DNA from: Octopus sinensis | Taxonomy: Eukaryota | NCBI RefSeq assembly: GCF_006345805.1 | Contig: NC_043009.1 | Coordinates: 434,001 to 498,000, forward strand | Direction: 5' to 3' | Length of the DNA: 64,000 nt | Shown: positions 50,901-64,000 of the stretch, piece after piece | Numbering within the stretch: position 1 is the first letter of the stretch | Layout: each line of letters opens with the position of its first letter | Position numbers and translations under genes: made by a program | The notes under the pieces: model-generated | The model's input: only the letters and a program-made list of their open reading frames with translations | The model's database searches: none | What the model was told of the DNA's origin: nothing

Positions 50901-51350
50901 ACGTTCGTCTAAGACAGCGTTCCAATCCCCAACTAGCACTAGAGTGCGTGACGTTCCCAGGAAAACTTCCAGACGTTTGAAATAATCCGACTGCCCTGCT
51001 CCTGTTGGAGCGTAGGCAGCCAGCAGTCTGAAAGCACCGCCGTCACTACCGTCTACGTCGAGGACCACCAACTTACCTTCTGGATCCAGGAAGACTGTCC
51101 TTATTTTCAAGTCCAGGCTCTTCCGAAACAACACATCAGTACCACCATCGCCCGCTCCCGGCCGACACGGAGATGGAAAGATCTCGTATCCACCGAAAAG
51201 GGCTGCGAGTTCCTGCGGGTCGGAGAGCCTGGTTTCACTAATGACTGCTACATCCACATCATGAAACCTCAGGTCGTTTAACAGGTGACCCTGTTTCCAA
51301 GGTGACCCGAGGCCTCTCACATTCAAGCAACCGATTCTAAGTTTTGCCAT
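47943..51350 (-). CDS. Tx1-like ORF2 (APE endonuclease, RT, C-terminal zinc motif), two frameshifts near 48700 and 48420
   Basis: 888-aa open frame: CLNVRGL, ISETRL, GDWNAV, LDRVF, TDHK; FRPITLLN, RQGCPLS, YADD; then CPRCCQDDETVLHAHVQC. Confidence 0.93.
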
Positions 51351-51463
51351 GTTTCAAAGGTGACAAAAAATAAAAGGAGAAAAAGGCTCTACTTACTGTT
51401 GTTGGTGGTGGGGGTGGTTCCCTTGTGCTTTTGCACGGGTGTTTCTACAATATTTTTATAAAG

Positions 51464-53170
51464 TTACTTTGAGAAACTTCTCCCTAACGATCCGACATCG
51501 TTAGGAAATATTTGTTTTATGTCACTGTATGTCTTTTGGTTTATTTTAATGGTGAGAATGTGTGCTGGTGGTGTGTTGTGTGTTGGTATAATGAAATCTG
51601 TAATGTTTGTGCTTGTGTTGTCTTTTATATATGAAACGAGTTTTTCATTTTTTGTGTTTTTGGCCGTAATCGTGTCTGTGTGTGTTGGTGTGTGTGGCAG
51701 TGGCAGTAGTGGTGTCGAAAGTGTTGTTGTGAGTGTGTGTTGTTGTTGATGTTGGGAATCACTATTTGTTCGTGCTTCCCCTTTGTGTCTTTTTGCCTTT
51801 TCCTCCTCTTCTTCTTCGGAGGCACTGTGTGCCATTCACCTTTCTCGGTATCAGTGCTCGCACAATCCGAGCTGTCCTGATCCGGAATGGGGATGGCTGT
51901 CGGGTCCGCTTCAGCAGCAGGGTGACAAATTGTTGGTTCTGCTGGTAGTGGTGGTGTTGCTGTATCTGTTGGTGATGGTGACGGTGTCGGTGATTCTATT
52001 CTTCCTTTTTTTGTTGTTGATTTTCTTGGTGCTAGGGTTGGTGTTGGTTTGGTGGTTGGAGGTGGTGTCGTTCGTCGTGGTGGTGGTGATGGTGTTGGTG
52101 GTGTGGCAGCCTTTGGTGTTTCTTCCTGTTGTTGTTGTTGTTGTTGTTGCTGCTGCTACTGCTGCTGCTGCTGCCTCTTGCCGTCTGCCTCCATTCTTTT
52201 TTTGTAAATGAGGCAGTCCCTTTTTAGGTGGCTTTCGCTGCTGCAGAGGTAACATTTTGGCTTTCGCCCCTCCACAGCAACGTGCAGCCTGGTTCCGTCC
52301 GGCAAATTTACCGAGTCAGGTATGGCATTAATGTTTTCCTGCTGGATTTGTACCAGCAATTGAACTCCCATACCTGACCAGTTTTTTTCCCTCACTCTTC
52401 GTACATCTAGAATAGTGGCAGTGTCCTCTATTTCATAGAGGACAGCCGCCACCAGCCATGATATATTTAGTTCGGGGGGGTACTGTGTCGATTTTTATTT
52501 TTTGGACCCTCCGCCCGACATATGTTGGAACAAGGAACAAATTTTCATTTTGCAAGGGCGAAATGGCATGCGCCCTTGCATCCTCCTCTGTTGGGAAGCG
52601 AACCTCCACGGTTCCGAAACGCTTCTTTCTGGTAACATAGCTCTTTCTGCCCCATATGGGCTTCAAAGCTATTTCCAATTTTTGGGGTGTTGCGTTGATT
52701 ACTCTTTTATTTTTCTTGTCGGCAACCTTGTAAAGTATTGTTTTCTTGTTTGTGTCATGTATGAGTTGTTGAGGTGTATTGAGGAAAACACTGTTTCCCT
52801 CTTTTCTCAACAACTCATTTGCGCTTTTTATTAGGTCCATCGTAACTTTTTCTTTTGCAGCGGAGGCGAAATTGCTACGATGGCTTGTGTTGTTGCTGGT
52901 CGTGGTGTTGGTGTGGCTGCTGGTCATTTTCTTTGTTTCTTTCTCCGGTACTGGAGCACTGGTGGAAGGAAGAGAAGGAAAATCTTCGTTGACATCAAAG
53001 GTGACGCCATCGTTGTCGCTTTTCTTTGCAACGGTCTTTCTTCCGTCCTTCTCCAGTACTGGAACACTGGTAGAGGGAAGAGGAGGGAAATCTTCGATGA
53101 CGTCAAAAGTGACGCCTTCGTTTTCATTTTCATTTGGAACGTTGCCGCGTTGACACGTTCCATCGAAATA
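51464..53170 (-). CDS. Tx1-like ORF1 (gag-like), frameshifted
   Basis: 36-aa tandem repeat (NEGVTFDVIEDFPPLPSTSVP..), RRM-like region, CYLCSSESHLKRDC zinc knuckle, low-complexity C-terminus; spread over several frames. Confidence 0.8.
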
Positions 53171-53505
53171 TTTTGTTTGCCTTTTAAGGCAAGAAATGGG
53201 CGGTTTGGAGAAATGTTCAAATCAATTCTTTCTTGTGGGGGGGGGGTCCGAAGAAGGGAACAGCCAACTGTTCTCTTCGACATTTTTTTTCAATATGTAC
53301 GTGAATGTAATTTTAAAAAGTCAATATTTCAAACGAAAATTTTACCCCTAATGGGGTAAAATTTTGCCTAGCCAACTAGCTCCGCAAGAAGTTAGTCGGC
53401 TTGGCCACACAAATATCCAAACATTTACACTTTTAAACAAATTTCCAACAGAAATGGTACAAAACTTACGCAGCTTCTGGAGACACGTCCGTCCTCTCGA
53501 GAAGA

Positions 53506-53663
<158 letters not shown>

Positions 53664-53686
53664 TAGTAATAATAATAATAATAATG

Positions 53687-53727
<41 letters not shown>

Positions 53728-53974
53728 GCAGTGTAGTCTTACGTCATACTATAATGTCTGTTTTTGTATAAAGTTATATACACAAAGCAAGCAGAATCAT
53801 ACCAAATAATTGATCTTCTATATCCTGTATACGGTACTTAGCAAAAATTCATATTGATGTGGCTGACTCTACCCATTCCTTCACTTGAGTTTTGGTAATA
53901 CACCGGTCAGTTGGTGACCGTTTGATCATGCATAAATTTCTATTGCAAATATATAATTTGTACCAATCCCTCGT

Positions 53975-54022
<48 letters not shown>

Positions 54023-55859
54023 ATATATATATATATATGTAAAAAAATACAAACTGGGACAAGAACGTAAAACATTTAGAAGACGAAACAAAAAACGGAT
54101 GGAACATTCGAAGCCTTCAATCTTCAGTCAAGAACCGGATCATCCTAGCAATTTCGACTGGAGCAAATATCTGGCAAGCTTAGGACATGAACGGGAGTAG
54201 CCCCGGATTTATGGATGTCCGGCTTTCTGCAGACAATCTAAATACATACTTTAAACATAAAATATAATATGACAACCAAAGAACTAAATTGTATCCAACA
54301 AATTCAAATAAATACTTGTAAAGCAGAGTTTGTTTGGTATTTATGAGTCCACGTAAAATATATCATACTGTACCATGTATGTGGCCGTGTTGTAAGAAGC
54401 TTGCTTCCGAACCCCATGGCTTTGGGCCCTCTCCCACTGCGTGGTACCATAGGGCAAGTAAGTGTCTTCTACTATAGCCTCGGATCGAACAAAGCCTTGT
54501 AAGACGGAAACTGAAGAGATGCCCGTTGTATATACGTAGCAGCAGACAAAATACCGCTAAGCATTTCGCTCGGCGTGCAAACGATTTTTATTTCTTTACT
54601 GCCCACAAGAGAGACAAACAAGGACAGACAAACGGATTAAGTTGATTATATCGATCCCAGTGCGTAATTGGTACTTATTTAATCGACCCCGAAAGGATGA
54701 AAGGCAAAGGCGACCTCGGCGGAATTTGAACTCAGAACGTGACGGCAGACGAAATACTGTTAAGCATTTCGTCCGGCGTGCTAACGATTCTGCCAGCTCG
54801 CCACCTTAAAAGCATTAAGTCGATTACACTGACCCCAGTGCGTAACTGGTACTGATTTTATCGACCCTGAAAGGATGAAAGGCAAAGTTGACCTCGGCAG
54901 AATGTGAACTCAGAACGTAACGGCGAGCTAGCGTTTCTTATTTCTTTAGTGCCCACAAGGGGCTAAAAATAGAGGGGACAAACAAAGATAGACAAAGGGA
55001 TTAGGTCGATTACATCGACCCCAGTGTGTAACTGGTACTTATTTAATCGACCCCGCAAAGCATTTCGCCCGGCGTACAAACGATTCTGCCACCTTACCGC
55101 CTTACGTAAATATACGTAAATATCGCCAACGACTGACCTCTGCTACTACTAAAACAACATTAGAGCATCAGTTAGAAATGATGTACACAACATTGAAGTT
55201 TTCAAGGTCACGTCATCTATCAGAGTTGCCAACAACTGTTTGATAAACTTTACGTTGGCTGCTCTTTTACGTTTACTTATGTAGGTCAGAATTGGTTTTT
55301 AGCAACCTTTTTTTTTTTTGTTGGTTTTTAGCAAACTAAATCAGATAATCACTGTCATCTGATTCTCTGATACCATAAAACAGAAAAAAATAGGTTTTAT
55401 TACAGAAAAAATAGACATGATGGAGAAAAACGAGTAGCTCTGAAATCAGCGGAAGAATTGTTCTAAAATATGTAGATATTTGTTTTGTTGTTTGTTCCTT
55501 CTCGAGCCACGCCTGGCTCATAGGGGCCGGTTTCCCGGTTTCATTGGCGTATAAGTTCCCCACCTGGATGGGACACCGGTCCGTTGCAAGTAAGCTGCAA
55601 GATGCTGGAGGAAAGAGTGAGAGAAAGTTGTGGCGAAAGAGTCAGCAGAAGTTCGCCATTACCTTCTACCGGAACCGCGTGGAGCTTAGGTGTTTCGCTC
55701 ATAAACACACATATCGCCCGGACAGAGATTCGAAACCGCGATCCCTCGACCGCGAGTCTGCTGCTCCAACCACTATGCCATGTGCCTTCACATATATTTA
55801 AACATAGAAAATCATGCAGACTTGTGTTATGTACACACACACACATATATATATATATA

Positions 55860-55922
<63 letters not shown>

Positions 55923-55923
55923 G

Positions 55924-55954
<31 letters not shown>

Positions 55955-56369
55955 GTATATATATATATATATGCGTCTGTGTTTGTGTGTGTGTGTGTAA
56001 TTCAAATTTACAGACAATTAAAGATGAAGGCAGGTGTCGGAACAACAATTAGGTGTATTAGTTTAATGCTCGGGAAGAATGGAAAAATCATTTACGTTTC
56101 ATGCATACCTTCTTCGACTGAAAAAATTAAAGGTGGGGGGAGAAGGGAAAAAACGGAGAGAAGAAAAAACATATTTTTAGGGATTAACGGTTCAACATGA
56201 CGAAATATCTAGAAGAAAACTGAATGAAGGGGTGACCCGGCGGAACGGATTAATTCTCGCGCGCACGTGTAAATGTAAGAATGGGAATGAGTGTGTGAGC
56301 ATGTATGAATGAGCGAGTTGGAAAATGTGTGGACCTGTGTGGAGTGATGTGCCTTCTGCGTGTGTGTGA

Positions 56370-56670
56370 AGGCGCGTGGTTTAGTGGTTAGGGCATTCCG
56401 CTCACGATTGTAAGGCCGTGAGTTCAATTCCCGGCGATGCGTTGTGTCTTTGAGCAAGACACTTTATTTCACGTTGCCCCAATCCACTCAGCTGGCAAAA
56501 ATGAGCAGTAGTTGTATTTAAAAGGGCCAGCCTTGTCTCATACTGTGTCACGCTGAATCTCCCTGAGAACTATGTTAAGAGTTCACGCGTCTGTGGAGTG
56601 TTCAGTTCCTTGCACATTAATTTCACGAACCAGATGTTCCGTTGCTCGTATCTGCTGGGAACCCTCGTCG
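56370..56670 (+). mobile_element. tRNA-derived SINE, family F
   Basis: GGCGCGTGGTTTAGTGGTTAGG, GAGTTCAATTCC, CTTTGAGCAAGACACTTTATTTC core. Confidence 0.75.
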
Positions 56671-57334
56671 TGGTATCCGACGGAGTGCTAAGCCTCATAT
56701 TGTCGTGAATTGCTCGAAATGTGGAGTAGATAAACTACCAACAACTGATGAAGGGTCGTTCTTTATGTTGTTTGTTTTGTTTTCCATTTGCTTGTCTCTT
56801 TGTTCGCATACCCAGGTTTGCCTTCGTATTTCATGTCGTTTACGTTTTGTGACGTCCTGAACCCATATATGCATATATATATATATATATATATATATAG
56901 CCCAGGAGTGGCTGTGTGGTAAGTAGCTTGTTTACCAACCGCATTGTTCCGGGTTCAGTCCCACTGCGTGGCACCTTGGGCAAGTGTCTTCTACTATAGC
57001 CTCGGGCCGACCAAAGCCTTGTGAGTGGATTTGGTAGACGGAAACTGAAAGAAGCCTGTCGTATATATGTATATATATGTATATGTATGTGTGTGTTTGT
57101 GTGTCTCTGTTTGTCCCCCTAGCATTGCTTGACAACCGATGGTGGTGTGTTTACGTCTCCGTTACTTAGCGGTTCGGCAAAAGAGACCGATAGAATAAGT
57201 ACTGGGCTTACAAAGAATAAGTCCCGGGGTCGATTTGCTCGACTAAAGGCGGTGCTCCAGCATGGCCGCAGTCAAATGACTGAAACAAGTAAAAGAGTAA
57301 AGAGTAAAGAGTATATATATATATACATATATAT

Positions 57335-57411
<77 letters not shown>

Positions 57412-57434
57412 CGCAGGAGTGGCTGTGTGGTAAA

Positions 57435-59640
57435 CACAAACCAAACTTCAACAAAAAAGAATGGGCTGAGTTGAACAAATTAAAACAAGACACAACAATA
57501 ACAATCAAAGAGGCCGATAAAGGGAGTGCAGTTGTCTTAATGGACACGACATTTTACATAACTTTGGTACTATCTATGCTGGAAGACACAACATACTATG
57601 AAAAGGCACAAAACTACAGTCAACAAAAAATAATGAGGGAACTAAAATCCATGTTAAACCCATACAAAGAAGGGCTCACCGACAAAGAATATGACTATAT
57701 GACCAATTTCACAAATAAAACCAGCCAATTCTACGGTATACCTAAGATACACAAAAGTGAGAAAATAAGTAACGCATGCAAGATAGCTACAGACAAAATA
57801 ATTAAAGTCCCTAATCCTAATGACCTCACATTGAGACCCATAATAGCAGGTCCTGCATGCGAAACCCACCGCCTCAGTAACTTTTTAGACACCCTGTTAA
57901 AACCATTCCTCAAACATGTCAAAAGCTATATTAGGGACGACTTGGATATGCTCAATCACCTACCGAATACTATAAACAAAAACACCCTACTGGTATCCTT
58001 CGATGTAGTCAACCTCTACTCCAATATCCCCCACAACCTAGGACTAGAGGCAATTCAATTCTGGCTAGAGAATCACGCCAACGAACTCCCACATCGCATC
58101 AAAAAAGAATTCGTGATAGAAGGGGTTAAATTCATCCTGGAAAATAACTTCTTCGCATGCAAACACCAGAGACACACGACTACAAGAACTAAAAGATACC
58201 CTCATCACCAGGAACTACCCACCTACACTTATTGACATATGCATTCAACTTAACATCCAGGAACTGAGACATCCCAAATCAAAGAAAAATTTACGACCAA
58301 AAGCCTTACCATACATCTCCACACACAACCCTCTCAACAATGAAGCCTTCGGCACCATCCTCCAAGCCATACACCTCCTAAAAAAAGACCACAGAATGAA
58401 CACAATCCTCCAAACACACACGATCATAAAAAGCAAGAGACAGCCTAAATCTATGAAAAGTCTCCTAACACAAGCCCGAATACACTCTTCAACACAGAAG
58501 TCGACAGTAAAAAAATGTGGAAGACCCAATTGCGGGATATGCGATTATCTAATTGAGGGATCAGAGTTCTCCTTCAAACAGGGACAACGGTTTACAGTGA
58601 AAAGCAACTTCACATGTGCTTCGGAGAACCTGATATACACACTAACCTGCTCTGGGTGTCAAGAGCAGTACATAGGCCAAAAAGAAAAAATAGTTTGCGT
58701 AAAAGAATGGCCCTGCACATATCCCAGATAAAAATTCCCCAAAACAGAAAAATAGCTTTCAACCAACACATAGATACTTGCGCCAACAACAAAACACCAG
58801 GCTTCAGGATTTTCCCCCTCTACTAATTCAGGGACGACACAACCTCGAGACAACGAATAAGTAAAGAAACTCTCTTTATTACAAAATACAGGCCACTTCT
58901 TAACGGGTCTACGACAAACGATTTATACACCTCAGCTTTAGAATAACACAAATACACACGCAAATATTACATTCCAAAGAATCCATTACAAATCAGCCCC
59001 AATCACAGCTATAACCCATAACGTGCCAACTTCAAGTCATACAACACCTCACTACTTCCACTCATTCATATTCTCCCTTCTCTTTCTTCTTCTTCCTCTT
59101 CTTCTTCATCATCATCATTATCATCATCGTCGTCATCATCATCATCACCATCATCATCATCAACATCTTCTTCTTCTTCTTCTTCTTCTTCTTCTTCTTC
59201 TTCTTCTTCTTCTTCTTCTTCTTCTTCTTCTGCTTCACCTTCTACTTCTTAACTTTATCGCTAATGCTTTTTAGCATAACACCTACGCAAATTCCATAAA
59301 CAAACCTTTCAATAGAAATATTCTCCTGAATTGAACTGCAACTGACCATTCAAAATACGACAATCAAGGGACTCCCAAATTTTTCCACCCCTTCTCCTCA
59401 TCATCCTTCTTCTTCTTCTACCCTACCAAGAATTCACAACGACCTCGAACACACAAGTGCAAACAAGAGAGACAGAGAAAGGCAGAAACAAGGAAAATGC
59501 CACTTATATTTGAACACTATACAAATATTCCTTTAAAAAACTTTTCTTTTAATTTTTCTAAATTTAATTATTTAATCGTTACAGTTGAAAAGGTCTCAAA
59601 ATGACCGAAACCGGTACTGAAATGTTCTTTATAAAATTAT
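57435..59640 (+). mobile_element. Penelope-like element (Neptune-type linker) with internal deletion of the RT core
   Basis: IKEADKGSAVV, FYGIPKIHK, LRPII, SFDVVNLYSNIP, then a jump to C-terminal CGRPNCGIC...LIYTLTCSGCQEQYIGQ (GIY-YIG). YxDD region absent. Starts inside a SINE-B head. Confidence 0.9.
59582..59619 (+). ncRNA. Minimal hammerhead ribozyme motif, U3/A8 variant, palindromic helix III
   Basis: CAG-TTGAAAA-GGTC(TCAAAAT)GACC-GAAA-CCGG-TA-CTG, downstream of and in the same sense as the PLE ORF. Confidence 0.8.
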
Positions 59641-60371
59641 TTTAGCATTTTCTATCTTTACTTGTTTTTTCATATATATATATATAATATATATATATTA
59701 TATATATATATATACGACACTCTTCTTTCAGTTTTCGTCTATCAAATCCACTAACAACGCTCTGATCGAACCGAGGCTATAGGCATCATGCAATCATGCA
59801 TTGAAACTGAACCTGGAAGCCTGTGGTTGGAAACAAGGTTTTTACTATACAGCTACGCCTATATATATATATATATATAGGCGCGTGTGCACGCACACCC
59901 ACACACACACAGGCACGCACATGCACACGCACACATCTTCACACGCTCGGACACATACACACAAAATGTTCGGAAAAGATATTGTATATTAACAATGAGT
60001 GGACTTGATCCTATATATGTCGGCCTTTTTACTGACATCATATAAGACATGTGACCTAACACACTACATCACAAGCCAACGACTGAGCATTTCATGGCTG
60101 CTCGGCCTGCTAGAAAGAGTACCCAAATCGTTTTAAGATCACCCTCTGCTGCTCCTTGTAGAGGACACATTACATAATGAAGTCGTAGGTACCCTTTAAT
60201 AACAGGTTGATCCTGGCTTTAATCATAGGTCTTCTCAATCAGATTTTTATCTGCGACTAAGCTATAATATACATAAAAGATCTTGGGCTATCAGATATCA
60301 CTATTTGGCAATGGAAAACGATGAGACTATTCGAACTTACTTGATTTCTTTGTATTTGCCTTATCTTGCAG

Positions 60372-60745
60372 ACAGATCCACGGATCCGAGCGCTAAACGA
60401 GTAAATACGGCCAGTCCCAGTTCTGCCCGGAAGCACCCGAAAGCTCTGAAACAAATAAAGACGACTTTTAAGAGAACGGGCAGAAGACTTCGCAAACACT
60501 TTTCTCGTTTAACATTGAGATCATTCAGTGTCCCCACCTTCTGCAGGCAAACGTCAAGCAAACAGCAAATGGAAACAGACCAAGGAAGTGAGAAATCGTC
60601 GACACCATCAAAAGCTTTTTCTGAGGTAGTTAAATATATTTGTGATTTGAAACTGGAGACATTAGAGGGAGATAAACGTGTAATTCCGGTGGTACAAGAC
60701 ACCGAAAAAACTTCAAAAGAGTTTTTAAAATTTCAGATGAAGTAG
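60372..60745 (+). CDS. Candidate terminal coding exon of an unidentified host gene (124 codons, phase 1)
   Basis: Strong acceptor TTGATTTCTTTGTATTTGCCTTATCTTGCAG; open, non-repetitive, Ser/Lys/Arg-rich frame to TAG. No TE motifs seen. Confidence 0.5.
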
Positions 60746-62244
60746 CACAGAACAGATTTGGTGAAATATTTCTATGTGATGATACAATTATCACATAACA
60801 ATTAAGTTTTATAAACTTCTGATAAATGATAATTTGATTTGAATTTAAATGAGTTTTTGCCTTTTACGGTATCTTCTTTTTCTTTCTTTCTTTTACTTGT
60901 TTCAGTCATTTGACTGCGGCCATGCTGGAGCACCGCCTTTAGTCGAGCAAATCGACCCCGGGACTTATTCTTTGTAAGCCCAGTACTTATTCTATCGGTC
61001 TCTTTTGCCGAACCGCTAAGTGACGGGGACGTAAACACACCAGCATCGGTTGTCAAGCAATGCTAGGGGGACAAACACAGACACACAAACACACACATAT
61101 ATATACATATATACGACAGACTTCTTTCAGTTTCCGTCTACCAAATCCACTCACAAGGCATTGGTCGGCCCGAGGCTATAGCAGAAGACAGTTGCCCAAG
61201 ATGCCACGCAGTGGGACTGAACCCGGAACAATGTGGTTGGTTAGCAAGCTACTTACCACCTCCTGTAAATTTTTTCATACGAAAATTGATACAAATTTCC
61301 CATTTCGGTATACACAATGATACATTTTAAAGCTGTGTACTTAAGAAGCTCACTTGGCAACCACGAGATACCGAGATCAGCCTCTTTGAGCAGCACCTCG
61401 GGCAAGTGTCTTTTTCTCTATCTCCTCCGCTCTCCCTTTCTCCCCCTCTCTCCTTCTCTCTTTCCAATTGTCACATCCCGGATGTGCCGCCAGGTTAAGT
61501 TGTGGGTGCCGAAGAGTGTCTATGTCTATTCGTGACTACACAGGCACCTAAAACAATTAACGAATGTATGTTACATTTTACATGCCGTACTCACTTGCAA
61601 GTGACGGCTGTCTGAGCTGTACTTTATTGCGGTGAGGTACAGACGCTGTTACTATCTCCATATAATAATAATAATAATATAATAATAATAATAATAATAA
61701 TATAATAATAATAATAATTTCATCTATTTGCCACAAGGGCGAAATCCTTTCTACTATTGGCTGAAATTTTGGAGATGGGGGCTAGTCGATTACATTGACA
61801 CCAGTGTTTAACTGGTACTTAACTTACTGATCCCGAAAGGATGAAAGGCAAAGTCGACTTCGACGGAATTTTTTAACTCAGAACGTAGCAACGGGCGAAA
61901 AACTGCTAAGCATTTCCTCCGGTGCGCTAAAGACTCTACCAGCTCCCCAATAATAATAATAATATTATTATTATTATTAGTAGTAGTAGTAGTAGTAGTG
62001 GTAGTAGTAGTAGTATCGTTTCTACAATAGACACAAAAATCCTGACGTTAGGGGAGGGGACAAGTCGATTACATCGAACCCAGTGTTTCACTGGTTCTTA
62101 TTTCGACCCCGAAAGGATGCAGGCAATATCGACCTCGGTGGAATTTGAACTCAGAAAGTAAGGACGGACGAAATGCCGCTAAGCATTTCGCCCGGCGTGC
62201 TAACGATTCTGTCAGCTCACCACCTCAATAATAATAATAATAAT

Positions 62245-62701
62245 AAGGCCATACATCATATTGAAAGACTTCAGACAAAGAACATGCCTCCTCATTGATA
62301 TGACTGTCCCAATCGATATAAACGTATCTGTCAAGACCTACCAAAAACTGAGCAAATATAAAGATCTTGAAATAGAAATCAGCTGGGAATGATAGCGAAA
62401 GGGACTGGTTGCTACCTAACTCAGATACCAGGAAACCCCAAAATGGCAGAAATTCAAAAGATAGTGCTCATGGGAACTGCTCATACCCTACGCAAAATAC
62501 TCTCTATGTAATCCCAAGATTTAAAACAAACTTTTTTTTAATTTATGTATTAGACATTCACTAGTACAACACCAAAAGAAAACCCAAATATATGGCACAC
62601 TAGGCATAACAACAACGGGAACTTCCAACCTGTTGTCTCTTGAGGTCTCTGGGTGAGACTTGGAGCCAACTTGTACAGACATAAAGCAAAAGTCAAACAT
62701 A

Positions 62702-62702
<1 letters not shown>
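62245..62702 (+). mobile_element. R4/Dong RLE 3' fragment flanked by (AAT)n
   Basis: RPYIILKDFRQRTCLLIDMTVPIDINVSVKTYQKLSKYKDLEIEI...IQKIVLMGTAH..RKILSM*; (AAT)n at both ends. Confidence 0.85.
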
Positions 62703-62780
<78 letters not shown>

Positions 62781-62827
62781 GAGGAGTTGGAGGAGGGGGA
62801 TAATAATAACAATAATAATAACAATAA

Positions 62828-63135
62828 TAATTTCTTTTATTTGCCACACTAGGGTGAAGGATGAGGGGGACAATTCAAACACAGACAGAGTGTGGGAGAT
62901 TGCATATAAGGGGGAAAAAGTATACAAGGTATACAATAAAAGGAGGGAGGTATACATACTATACGGCACTAGAAGAAAAAAGTGATAATGATGGGATCCT
63001 GCTGATAGAGGAGGATCTCTAGGGAGTATCGAGGAATCCCACCATGCAAGATCATCTTGAATACCAAGGACGTGCGCCCTCTCCAACTCCTTTCTTCCGA
63101 CTCACAGGTCTACACTGAGAGTGGTACCATCCACT
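62828..63135 (-). mobile_element. 3' end of a second Tx1-like subfamily
   Basis: ORF2 terminus DGTTLSVDL* (compare NGPILRFRL*) plus a 3' UTR ending TAGTGTGGCAAATAAAAGAAA next to an (AAT)-type tract. Confidence 0.65.
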
Positions 63136-63574
63136 CTCTTTACTCTTTTATTCTCTTTTACTTGTTTTAGTCATTTGACTGTGGCCATGCTGGAGCACCG
63201 CCTTTAGTCGGGCAAATCGACCCCATGACTTATTTTTTGTAAGCCTAGTATTTATTCTCTCGGTCTCTTTTGCCGAACCGCTAAGTTACGGGGACGTAAA
63301 CACACCAGCATCGGTTGTCAAGCGATGTTGGAGGGGGACAAACAGACATACAAACACACACATATATATACACATACATATACATATATACGACGGGCTT
63401 CTTTCAGTTTCCGTCTACCAAATCCACTTGCAAGGATTTGGTCGGCACGAGGCTTTAGCAGAAGACACTTGCCCAAGGTTCCACGCAGTGGGGCTGAAAC
63501 CGGAACCATGTGGTTGGTCAGCAAGCTATTTACCACACAGTCACTCCTGCTCCACTCTTGCAATTTTCACAAAC

Positions 63575-64000
63575 TTTCACCCACTTTTTCATAAATTCAC
63601 TCGAGGACAGAACCTCCCTCTCCACCTTCACTTTCCTTTTCAAGTGTAACTTGAAAAAGTCGATGAGGGCTTTATCAAAGAGAAATGTTTTTGTCCTCAT
63701 TTCTTTCTGCCTCGTCCATCAGACAACCTCTTTCGCCACAAACCACCAGAAAACCTTGCCTTTCCGATCAAAGGAAGGCGGCGGAGCAATCATCATTATG
63801 GACTCGGCTGACAGACGGATCCGTTCTACACACGACAGCAGCTTTTCGACATAACTCCACATGTCAGTAATGCCTGGACACTGAACGAGAGCAAAACGGC
63901 TTCGTCGCTCTACGAGCACACCAGACAGGCCCATCTGACGGTACATCTGTGCCTATATAGTTTATCTCGAACCTGTAACGCTCCCCACGGCAGCACTGCC
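63575..64000 (-). mobile_element. Diverged Tx1-like ORF2 C-terminal fragment, runs off the window end
   Basis: ALVQCPGITDMWSYVEKLLS...RLSAESIMMIAPP is homologous to 47943-48419. Confidence 0.85.

Larger units (their letters stand above)
47679..53505 (-). mobile_element. Full-length Tx1/L1-clade LINE (about 5.8 kb) inserted in (AAT)n
   Basis: 5' UTR, ORF1 with CCHC knuckle, ORF2 APE-RT-zf-RVT, and 3' UTR ending AATAAAAAGAA; (AAT)n on both sides. Confidence 0.95.

Overview
AT-rich eukaryotic DNA dominated by microsatellites and transposable elements. The SINE families and the density of (AT)n/(AC)n/(AAT)n tracts suggest a cephalopod, most likely Octopus (my inference, not a database result). 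There are no prokaryotic features, rRNA, intact tRNA or CRISPR arrays, and most ORF-track entries are translations of microsatellites or SINEs. Main contents: (1) A direct segmental duplication with an offset of 33,580 bp (1-10.7 kb vs 33.6-41.5 kb). It carries candidate exons of a small secreted/GPI-type gene: a signal-peptide exon at 33264-33325 and a hydrophobic terminal exon at 10479 and 41272. (2) A full-length Tx1/L1-clade LINE (47679-53505, minus) sitting inside an (AAT)n tract. (3) RTE, CR1/L2-group, R4/Dong, Penelope-like, Merlin, mariner and Helitron remnants. (4) Several tRNA-derived SINE families. Three of them share their 3' tails with three different LINE clades that are also present in this window. 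(5) A set of minimal hammerhead-ribozyme motifs tied to Penelope-like elements and to short non-autonomous repeats. (6) An orphan coding-like exon at 60372-60745. Many single-base homopolymer indels between the duplicate copies suggest residual long-read error, so frameshift calls and exon models are tentative. Element boundaries are approximate unless stated.
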